From contig OZ249439.1 in assembly GCA_965235115.1 (NCBI GenBank), positions 17,236,001 through 17,300,000 on the forward strand: DNA of 64,000 nucleotides. Reading direction: 5' to 3'. Below are positions 1-11,877 of this stretch, piece after piece. The notes under the pieces are model-generated. The model had not been told where the DNA came from. It did not search any database and saw nothing but the letters and a program-made list of their open reading frames with translations. The translations under genes were made by a program, and so were the position numbers. Position 1 is the stretch's first letter; each line of letters opens with the position of its first letter. This stretch comes from Laetmonice hystrix (lineage: Eukaryota).

Positions 1-3000
1 CCAGCTGCCATGGGCTGACAGTGGCAATAACCCGCTGACAAAGGGACCTGACTAAGACTTATGGAATGCGGGGCACAATGACTGCTGGCAATTGATCAAA
101 CCCATTCATATTTCAGCAGCAGAGTGACCCAAGAAAGCTTTATATTGAATTAAGCAAATTAAGATCAGTTTACGAACGGTCCGAGAAGTTGACCGTATTA
201 CAAAAGTTGCCATATGAATGAACTGTCCCTGCGCGGGTCGCCGCAAGGCACGCTGTAGAATATGTCACATTCCGTTCACATTCCACGGTACGCTGGTCAC
301 ATCAAATCCAATTGCACTTTCATTTTCACTCTTTGCAGAGGCCCAATGACATAATTATTTTACCTCTTTGTCTGATGTTTTATGAATACGTAGGGACCAA
401 CATACTAGGATATATGGAAGCACAATTGAGAAATGAGAATTTGACAGTTATCAAGTTTTTCTTCTAGTAACTTTATACTTTATTGGAAGATTCTACAAAA
501 CATGAGTGTGATGTTATGCCTCCCTATTAATTCAACTCTCTTGAACAAAACTAGAGACAAGCGGGAGTTAATGGGCATATTGCGACCAGATATTTTTACA
601 TGTTTTAACAAAGACTCCTGTCAAGAGAAAGTCGCCAACCGTCAAAGCTAGGCCGAGAGCACGCCGAAGTGTCCCTGGCCGTTAACCTCTAGTTTTGTTT
701 TGGCGGCAGTATTAGAATCAATCATGTAATATCAAATTTAATTAGGGGAATCCCATTGTCTGCACGGCTCGTGTTGGCACAGCTGGCCGAACCCCACCGT
801 AGACACCGTTGCTATGGAAACCTTTCCCTTTCAAGATCAACTCTAGAAATGATGTTTTTGTCGACCTTGACGGGGATAACATTTCTTTCAGAAACCTGGA
901 GGTCTGCTCAGTCTTAATGGCCCCGATCGAATCGTTGTAATATTCGACTAACACATGCATCACAGGCCCTGGAGCACCCTTAATTTCGTTTCCAGTTTAA
1001 TTAAATAACGCTTTCTGTGCTCGACTAACCAGACAGTCCATGGAAAAAGCGAAGCTTTGGCGAGCGGATGATGTTAGAAATGATGGGGTTTTATGACAAG
1101 GTCATTTGGGGATCACCAATTCTGTGTTTGCGCAACGAAACACGAAACATGGTTGGTCGTTGGAAAATGCAATTGAAGATTCCCAATCGGATGATCGCAG
1201 AATTGCAATAACCTCGCCACCAATATCTGCTAAATGCGATTGTTCAGGAAAGGGTAAAAAATTGATAGATTCCATGCTTCTATACACGCAAACCGTTAGA
1301 ATTCGGCAATAATGGACGAGCTCCAACCCGTCACTAGACTGACCGCTATCACAGGGTGCCAGGCCATCGTTTCCAAACTAAAGTAAGACCAGATTTCATT
1401 GCAGTTCAATGTCAAACTAAATGGTCAATCATGCTATTCCCATTGCTACCATATAATGCAAACCTGGTGACACCAAATAAATATCTTCTCACGGCATGCT
1501 CACACCGACGATTTCAAACCTCATTGAGTTAATGCCCGGTGCTGAAGACGAGTTCGAGAAATCGCGCATCTCATTATGCCACTAATGACCACCAGATGTC
1601 GCGGGATTTGCCCGTAGAAGACAAAGCTTCCCGGCCGGTGACGACACGACTCGTAGGGATATTCAAGGAATGGCAGGAACACGTGCGGCACACCATAAAG
1701 ATACCACGCAGATAGAGAGGCAGCCGTGTCGGACGTATGAATATGACTGTCATGGAATCGGCAGTGTGTTTAATTTTATGAATATTCATTCAATCCCCGT
1801 GAGGTCGGCGTCTAGATCGATAACTAGAGCGACGTCTGTCACTTGGCGTATCATCAGGAGAGGGGCTTCTGTCACGTTCCGTGTGAAAAGTGGGCATTGT
1901 CCAATTAAAACCCATACGATAGCCGTACATAAATAACAAAAAGAAATTGTAGAAAAAATGGTCTATATAAATGAAAGATCAACTTGCGATGTGATTGTAA
2001 CCCTGGTTACCTGATTTGCTAATTGGACTTTTGTGTTTTCTATAGTTATAGTTTTCTATAGCGAAGTTTTGCCCTCTGCGAAAGAAGCTATCGTAGGACC
2101 ATAAAAATGTATCCTGTTCATTACGACTACTTTATAGATAAATGTGTGCTGTGAAAACATTAACTTTAAGTTCTAAAAAGGTAATCCAGACAGTTGGGAT
2201 AGACACGAACAGTGGCCCAAAAATGTAAACAGCCATATACATGTACATCCACTTACTCGACTAGGTGTCACCAAAAGTCTTGGGGTTATTAAGTGCAACT
2301 GTGTGACAGACGGTCCAACATCAGGCAGTCAACAATAGGCCATCACGATAGACGTTTGCATGGATTTAAAATGGAGAGCCTTTTGATTTGCATATTTCGG
2401 CCGCGATCTCGTAAATTTGCGTTAGGTCCACTGAGTGTTGCGATAAGCATTTGACCTGATAGTGGCACACTGGGGGCAGGGCGTGTGCTGGTCTTGCATC
2501 AGGGCTCACCACACAAATTAATTCGCACACACTGATGCTTCTGTCAACATAACTTTTGTCAATGAACCTTATCGGGCCCGCCTATTGAAGACGCACACAT
2601 CCCATACACAAATGACGACGGGCAAATTTCATGCTCTGAGATTTCTTGAACCATCTGTCCTGGTTCGAGCAACGTCAATATCTCTCAATAAATCTGAAAC
2701 GTCTTTCTAGTCATATTATATGCCATCAGTCAAATTTAAGGAAAACATCTTGGTCATCTTGTTTTCTCCATGCACGCGAAAGGGACCTAGCCTTTCTCTG
2801 TGAATCGGAAGTTCAAAATACTTCCGTCTCATGTGCCTCAAATAAAGTACAATAGCACGCTCTATTTCTGTTTAAAAAAAACTTCGAGTGAAAAAATTCA
2901 CAGAAAATTCTTAGAACCTGGTAGCTTTTGTTTCAAGCAAGATTGAGTCGAGACAGGCGGGCAAGCGATGTTGGCTAGCTGCGAACAATCGAAATTAACT

Positions 3001-6000
3001 GCCTTCAGAAGGCGCCGGCATTCGTTACTAAGCAACCTACAAAACGGCGATAACACGCTATCCTCGTGGCAACATTTGCATGCGGACTTAAATTAAGGGA
3101 TAGCTTCAGACGGCCGGTCCTAACGCCACCAACGTGAGCATCCAGGCTATCGTGACTGTTCAGCGGGCTTTCTAATGAGAGTCTTTGTTGTTTGTCAAAG
3201 TTTGCCGGCGCTGGAGTTGTAAATAATTGCATCGTTTGGTGACGTGTGCAAAGTGGCCTCAAACGAGGACGCTCCTTCAATCACATGGCGGGCCAAACGA
3301 GGGATTAGAACTCACATTATTTTCGCTGACGTAGAGTGCACTTTGCGTCACTTTCTCTCGTTTTTCTGTGCAATCGTGCAAACAGCGATAACAATGATGC
3401 GGCCTATCGCATTGTTTGGGCAGTATTCACATGGCAAGCAGCCTTTAGTGATGAGATCTTTACAAAGTCGTCCAAACCACTGGGTGTTGATTGTTTAAAA
3501 CAGGGATGACCCAGATATCTCTCACTTAGCAGACTGATCTCTAGAAACGCTGTCAAATCAGATCGCCCCTGGTGGAAGGAAGGCGTGAGTCCATCGCCGC
3601 TATTGTTTTCATGAGTCGCCCCCCGAAATGTTCCCCACATCTAATCGCCTTGTCATGTCCCTTTTAATCACGCCACATTACTTAAAGCTTTTTTTCTTCC
3701 TTATCCGATTCTACGCCAAGAACGTTTTTACAACACAGATCTGTGCACGTGTCGTAAAAACAGCCTTGAGACATTTCGGCATGCGACATGAATATATGAA
3801 AACTCAGAGAAAAGCATTTTGCACAAATACTATATAGCATCAATACTAGCATCTACTATAGGTTATTTCTAATTATCGATCACGCGTAAAGATATTTTAT
3901 CTTACTTTATCTAGCCTTGGACTAGTATATCTGATCTCACTATAGAATTAGATACATGTACAGCAAAATCTCTTCTGACTTTAGCGTGGGTGTATTATTG
4001 CATTGCATTGTATAGACATCGATCTCATTTTTATATTGAACATTATGGGCATAGAAGCCTAGTGCGGCTTCTACCCTAAACTGCCTTCAGAGTATAATTA
4101 TTTGGCTTGATGAATAAAGATGAATTGACAAAAGTGTGAACGATATGTAGTTATACTAATTTTTTGCGTTTTGTTTGTCACAGCTGGCTCAAACAAGGCG
4201 GAACTGACGATCTGCATCTAGGAGACATCGTAAGTGGATTGTCTGACTGTTACACTTTTGAAGGAAGTCAAGATATTCAAAAGCTTCAAGTTAAAGTAGC
4301 CTTCGAGAGCCTGAACCATCCCGCTGAGTGTCATGTGTTTGTCTATTGAGAACCAACACTTTGGCCTTTCTGAACTTTCCGCACAACTGGGTCCCTTAAT
4401 ACACTCCATCGTAAAGCAGTGCGCAGACATTCACCCATCCGTTTTAAATTGCCGATTATACAAATTAATTTTTAAATAGCCATATGTACATTGATCAATT
4501 TTTGTGAAACGCTTTTCTCTGGACTTTCATATACTATTTTTAGCGTTGAATATAGAAACAAATTACAATAGTTATAAATCAGCCGAGTTTCTTCATGAAT
4601 CTGACCTGCATCAAGCTGTGCTTGGAGAGCTGAAAGTTTTCCCGAGCTTTTACCGATGGCACTTCAATAACCTCAACTCATGTTACCGAAACCGACACTC
4701 CACCCTCTCATTATCATCAACTGCCACCCATTTTGATGAATAAATGATTCCTCGTCCATTTGGTGTGTGGGAAAAAGTGGGGACCAGCTGTTGGCTGTTT
4801 GCTATCTTCCTTGGGTGGACCTTCACAGGCAGTGCGAGCACAGTATGACCGCGGTATCGTATTTCTCAGACATTGGTACGGACTGTGATGGAACCAAAGC
4901 TTCCTGTGATGTTTCAATTTTATTCCCTTTTATTTGGAGGGACTAAAAAATTATTTTCACTTATAATATTTATAGCAATGTCTGTTAATTGCAATCATCT
5001 ATGACAGGAATAAGTTCCCGTCAGAACGACATCTCTAACAGTCTAAATATCATGCTGGACATTTGAGTATTTTCTGTTTGACGGCACTGACCTATACATC
5101 CTCGACTTTGTGACAATATATATCTGATTAGATTCTATTAAACGTGAATGAGACAGTATGCCTTTAATTTGGTCTCGTGGCATATATTCTCGCATTAATC
5201 CTGCAAATTCAGAGACGAAATTTAGGGCTATACATGAACCCGGTGGCAACTAACTAATCCTTTGAGAGTGCGCCATCGAACTTCACATCTGAAACAGTAT
5301 ATCTGTACATGTAACCAACGAGTATAGCTATACTCGTTGATGTAATATATGCGCCAGCACTGGACAGATAAACTCGGGTTGCAAAATGTATAACAAATGC
5401 ACGCACATAAAGGACTGAAAAATAGCTTTCTAGTTAAGCCATAAATATGTGGTTGTCAGTATAAAGAACCCGCTGTCCAACAATCCGTAATAAAAGGCGT
5501 AGGCTACTCTTTCACATTATTGGATGTCGACTGTGTCTGAGGGCACGGAAAAACATAAAAAGCTTTTGAACAATATTATTAAAGATTTATCACGTATACA
5601 CATTTTTAGTAATACTATCTCTTATTTGTTGTTTGGAAACACTACACGCGTTTATTGATGATGCACAGCTTGTGTATACTTGAATAGGATATTGATTTCG
5701 ACTCTATAATAGCATGTAAAGGGAAATAATAAAAGGACAGTTTGAGGACAATGTCAACTGGGCAGCAGTCCACAAAGGGTGGGCCCATACGGATGGTGGC
5801 TACCCGTCGCCCGCCGTAAACAGTGGTAAAACACTAAATGAACCCAACCTGCCATTGTTTCAGGTTGCACGTCGTGCCCCCCCCCCCTCCAGCCGGGTAC
5901 GCCAGACGTGACACAGGATCCGCTGTCATTTTGGCGATGATCCAGGCCAAGCCGGCGACCGTTCTGCTGACGGCCCCGGATGAAAGAACGCTGATTGGTT

Positions 6001-9000
6001 ATTAACAGATGGATTCATGCACAATCGTTGACCGCCAAAGAAACTGTATCTCTTTCAAGCACCAAGATTAGTAGAAGAATGTCTGACTGCACTTTGTATG
6101 GTTTGTTTTTCCAACTCGTTGTTTTTTCGGACTTGGCGCTTAATGTATGGCGTATAGTGTTAACAATGGTTACACAATTCAAGTTCAGTATACTAGGACC
6201 TCCCTGAAGCTTTCTTTCGCAATAATATTAGGCGTATGGTATGCAACCAAGCGCTTGGTCCCCTGCTTTTTCTTTGGAATGTTTGAATTATATATATATG
6301 TACATTAAACATCCATCATGATTTCTTTGCAATTAGATAACGGCCAGCTTAGTTTGGAAAAATGACATGTAAGATCATTTAGGTACTTTTAATGTTGAGT
6401 TATTGCTTGACACTCAGCACGGTGAATTTATTTTACAGCTTATTTTAAAAATATAAATGACCTTTTTTGTAATTTCTGAAAGGACATCACTTATTTCTAT
6501 TTCTCGCTTTGTTTAGTGTCCTGACTTAACCATAAAACAATTAAGGATTTGTTAGTTTTGTTTTATTTGTATGATCAGACATTTTGAGCGAAGATATTTG
6601 TACCATTTAAGGAGAATCAGAATGGAACATGACGTAATGCAGTGATTCGGTGGGTAATATTTGTTTTACCTTTGGATAAACAACGTGTAAAAATACCCCT
6701 GTTCCAAAGATGAATTATCACTTAAACTCTGTAATTCAGGATATTTAAGACGTCATGTCTTAAGTGGATAAAAGCGTTCTTAATATTTGAACACATCAAC
6801 ATATTCGTTATTGAAATAGTAATTTACATGATTTGCCCGCTTTCTGGCAATTGCTTATAAGACCTAGCTTATTGACATAATTTACACTTGTTTGAACAAC
6901 ATGTGGGCCCGTTTGAAGAATGAGCCATTTGGACAACAATGTCAACTTGCCCAGCCCATTTGGTTCATTTCATTCATCCAGTGACTGTAAGGGCCGCTTA
7001 CCTGACAGGCGCAGGTAAGTGCCTCACTGGGCGTTAAGCATACAGATTAAAGGCTTGCTTACAGGCGATGAGCATCTTGGAGATAACAATTACCACCAAT
7101 CCATTTCTTTTTTCCCTTTTCCGGGAAGCTAGACGAGGAACTGAATTCCCAATCATGCATGTGTCTTGACCTGACAACAGCATATATCCTTACTTCCATG
7201 TTCGGTTACCGTCTTGGCTTAACTTGAATGAAGTGTCCGCGTCGCGACGGATGTCCTTGAGGCGCGATATGTCTAATCAATGCTGCGTCACGTTCAGCGG
7301 CAGACGACCGCAGACTGACCGACGACGCCAATTTATGGAGATAAATTGGGACACGAGTCATCCGTTGCCGCCCGCCCGTGAAAGACCGAGTGGGACAGGC
7401 GGCTCTTAAATGGATCTTCTATTATCACAGTCGTCTATGTTTCCGCCCGGCAACGACGTGTCTATGTGCTTTACGGCCTGACGCCCTGGCGGACGAAACT
7501 TTCTACATTTGTGTGAAAATTGCTCGGAACACGACATTTTCGCCCCACCCCTTTGTATTTGGGCGACCGTCCCAAAAGAAACAAACAGGGCGTTAGTTTG
7601 AAAGGTCTGGCGCGGAATTGCGCGAAAAGGTGCAGTGCAATATGACAGTTATATTCATGATTCATTGTCTGTAATATAAGTCTTTGTTATAAAAAAAAAT
7701 AGCAGGACCATCGTCATGTTTATTATAATCAATGGTATTTTAAAAGTCTTACCCGTAATTAATATATAAGGCTACTAAGGCGCATTCATTACTATAGTAT
7801 CAATATTTATAATCGCGTTCGTCTTACAAGAACTGAACAAAGCTGAAACCCATATCGAATCACTACTGGTCAGGTTACTAGAAATCCATTGAGCTCCTTG
7901 GTGTATCATGCGCCACCATTATCATTGCCTTGCCTGTCACTGCCTGTCATTGCCTGTCACTGTGGGGCGGGCTTATCTCTTCTGACAAGGACACTTCTAC
8001 CGCCCGAGGGCAGTGCCGTGTTTCCCAAGCTGGGCTCATCAAGGCCTGGTTAGATCCAAGGGCACCATTAGGCCTACCCCTCCAAAACGCTTCCCCGACT
8101 CATACAACCAGTACTTTTGCCAACGACACGTTCTACTCCGCACCTTTAAGAAGGCTTCAATCTAAAGCCTTCACAAATAACAAGTATGCGTTTATTGACT
8201 ATTGCAGACCTTCGCTCTAGCATTTTTTCTAATCCATGTCAGTGATTTCGTGACATGTTCCTGTTGAGAATGACTCGTCATCGTTCTAAGAATAAACTAC
8301 ATTAACTCCGTGATGTGAAACCATTGAAATCGTCTGGGGGAGACAGTCCAGACGGTAATAACCCATTCAGATTTCTTGATGTAAATCACGGCTCTGATAT
8401 TAGCGATTTCTGTCGTTATGCTTTAATACATACTAACCAACAAGGATGTAGACAAAAATGAATTAATATAATTTATACAGAAACAAAATATCCAACTTTA
8501 ACTGCCCTATATACCTTCCTATTCTAATAATATAAATAAATATTTCACTCTGCCTCTACTTATACTTCTATACCTTAGCGTACAAGAATTATGTTTAACT
8601 CAAAATGAAATCCCATCGGAAATAATGTTGTTTCCTGACAGCGATGTTCATTGGCCGACACCCTCCATGCAGCCTGTTGGTATTATATTACTTGTACTGG
8701 GCGGGGACTGCGTTAGACAAAGCTGGTGCAGCAGGGTTGATCCAGGCATAGGATCGTGATGGGGGCGCGGGTGGGGGTAGCTTCAGGTGGGGACAGCCAT
8801 AGGCGTCCTCCTATACGGAGAAATGGAGCGTAATTAATTGGCAGGAGGGGCAGGAGTCTTCCGTTACTGTCCTCGGGGTACACAACTCCGACACTCTGCC
8901 CCACTTCCCCGCTCAACCGCTCTCTGTGCCTACCTTAAAAGCCAGCTAAAAAAAGTTCGTGACGTGGCGTGGCACGTGTATAATTGCGGTAAACACCTTT

Positions 9001-9486
9001 GCATGTCCGCAATGCCCTTTCACGCTCGAATATTTACCACCCGGCACCTGGTACCCAGGCCCTAAAAAAGCTCACGTGATCTGGCAGTCCCCTGTGTATA
9101 TGCTCGTTAGTTTTGGACACACTTCAGTGGCTGGCATGGGGGTTGTGACCGTTAAAATATTAAAGAGCATTTAACGCAGTGTCTCACATGCATCTGTGAT
9201 TGAAAACTCATTGGTATTCCTGCAATAATGCGCTATTTTCAGACTACTGTGATCACTCGATTTCGATATCTTAGAATTCTTTCATTAAGATAAACATTTT
9301 GTTTTTATCCTAATATGGAAACGCCGCCAATAATTGGCCCTTCATTGACTTTGATTGTCACTAAAAGGGCACTTCAACCCTTGCAAATATCCACTTCTAA
9401 AGACGCCAGATGGTTGGCACTGTCTGCTCATTAACGAACGGCATCAACCATAAAACATAACAATATGTGCAGGTGATCCATAAAGG

Positions 9487-9597
9487 CTGTAAGTGGGGCA
9501 GTTCTGGAACGACATCTCGCTGTAAGTGGGGCAGTTCTGGAACGACATCTCGCTGTAAGTGGGGCAGTTCTGGAACGACATCTCGCTGTAAGTGGGG
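9487..9597. repeat. 33-bp minisatellite, about 3.4 copies
   Basis: Unit ctgtaagtggggcagttctggaacgacatctcg, exact copies. Confidence 0.95.
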
Positions 9598-10100
9598 TAT
9601 CTTGGAAAGGAAATCTATATACTTGGTCTACAACTGCCAGCATCGATGACTAAATACGAATCCATGTGATCCGTTTGTGGTTGGTTTAATGCTATGGGAG
9701 GATGGGAACTCTATAGAAAGAGAACACTAACGCACATGTTCTATTATAACGGTGCCCAGCGATAAGGGACCTGACGGACGTGTTAGAACCCCGCGGAACC
9801 TGCTGTGGGCAGGTGGCACGAATGGACCAGGTGTTTGGTCAACCTGCTGCAACCGCCACCAGCGTCACACAATATCTCCACAAATATTGCGCCCCGACAT
9901 GCATTCTCAATAAATAGGCTGGAAATGTATGGCTTTTTAAACGGCCATCAGTATTTAGAGCGACACAGAAGCGAACCTACACAGGGGGTCCAACTCTTAA
10001 TAGGTGTTCACGACCCCATCGTAGATCACTGGTGAACTAAGATGTACAAGGATGGGGTCACCATGACAGCCTTGCAGCTATAGATCTACCACCCTGGTTA

Positions 10101-10192
10101 CATGGACAGCAGCAAAGAGTGAACCTATACTGGGGTTAGAAAGTACATGAACAGCAGCAAAGAGTGAACCTATATACTGGGGTTAGAAAGTA
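10101..10192. repeat. Tandem duplication of about 45 bp
   Basis: acagcagcaaagagtgaacctat(at)actggggttagaaagta occurs twice. Confidence 0.9.
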
Positions 10193-11230
10193 TCATGTGG
10201 CAAGCACTGACATGGGTGTTTTCCGAGGAGGAGAAGACATGGGTTGACCTACCTGTACGGGGAGGACCCGCCCATTTGAGCCCGGGCGGCGTCGCCTCTG
10301 GGTGCAGGGAAGCCGGGCCCGACGGTTGAGACTACGGGGCTGCCCTTTGTCTGTCGGCCCGGCACCCGCCGCTCTCATCCCCGCGTCCTCGTATATACAC
10401 AAAGACGGCGGGGACCGGTCCGTGGCAGGCGTAACGTTCCGGGAGTGAACAGCACACCTCGGGGTATTCAAGAAGCACTGTGTTTTTCACATGTTTAGTC
10501 CGATCGTGTCCATTGGTACTTTATATCCGAGTGAGTGTAAGAAAAAGTTGTGGCGGTGGAACGTTCCTACAGCCGGGCACGCGGGTGGATGCAGTGAGAT
10601 TAACATCGTCGCCTGTACAGGTCCAGCGTCCCCTTGCTCACCACAGCAGCCCCAGCATCCAGTCAGCAGCAGTAGCCACAACGGAACTTGTCAACACACG
10701 CGCATGCATGCACCCTCCTCTCCTTCCGTGCGCAGCGCACGCGGAAACGACACGCGCCTTGCCACGCGCATTGTCTCAGCTTCAGCCTGCCGCCTCTGCG
10801 CATGCTTCTGTTGACTCAGTAATGCTTTCCCTGATGCGGTTCCAGTTTGATGAAGACAAGTACGTAGATAACCTTCCAAAATGAGAAAAAAGTCGTTTTG
10901 ACACATAAAATAAAAGCAGGATTTGAATATGCAGGCCTTGATATTGGCATAGCGATAGGCAGGTTTATAGTTACATACTGGCGGCGGCCAGATTTATATA
11001 TAGAAGTCCTCACCCATAATAAAGTATTCTGTGAAAAGTGTGACTGCGTAATTATTCATATACATGAAACAATAAGACTTTATTACCTACAAAGACCACT
11101 GTGGTCTGCCGCTAAAACATGTGCTATTGAAAATGTAGCGTGCTTAGACCCCTTCTATGCACATACAGGTCACCGTTTGCGATCTTTCTGATTGACTGAT
11201 TTTAGGCGCCTAGACGAAGAGCCCAGCCTG

Positions 11231-11649
11231 GGTCGGGGCCCATAAATTTTTGCCTAAAAATTGACGTAGCATTGACGTAAGAAGTAGAATGCTACTCCTT
11301 ATACCGATTTGACGTAGGCCCGCCTCCGTCCAAGTGGAGAGCCTCGGTAGGGACTTTTCTTGGGCGTGATGTGGGACTTTATTTCAACGCTACATCAATT
11401 TTTATTAAAACTTTAATGGCACATAGAGTATGTTCCTCGTGCCACCATGAAACTTCATTATGTTGATGTAACATTGTAAACTACATTAATTCAAAGTTTC
11501 GTATATTAATTCTTATTTTAGGAAGTTACGCAGGCAGGCTCCACCTGCGTAGAAATAAGCCCCTTACGTCAGTTACGTCGGTTACTTCTATTTGACATAA
11601 GTGATTATGGGCTATCTAAATTTTGACGTAACATTTATGGGACCCGACC
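11231..11649. mobile_element. MITE, PIF/Harbinger-like (17-bp TIR, CTG TSD)
   Basis: TIRs ggtcggggcccataaat / atttatgggacccgacc (1 mismatch), flanked by CTG on both sides (11228-11230, 11650-11652). Confidence 0.8.
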
Positions 11650-11804
11650 CTGATATAGGAAGTACTTAGACATCTGTGAAAAAGAGGTAGACGTCTATGC
11701 TTAAAATGGTGTGCAATTTAATGTGTCCAGCAAGTGGTTCATTCTGCACCGTTCGTATACATCAAAAAGATATCGCACGGCTGCGCGAGTTGATGTCTTC
11801 TGCT

Positions 11805-11877
11805 ACGCACTGCCTCCTGACGCACTGCCTCCTGACGCACTGCCTCCTGACGCACTGCCTCCTGACGCACTGCCTCC
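11805..11877. repeat. 15-bp tandem repeat, about 4.9 copies
   Basis: Unit acgcactgcctcctg. Confidence 0.95.
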
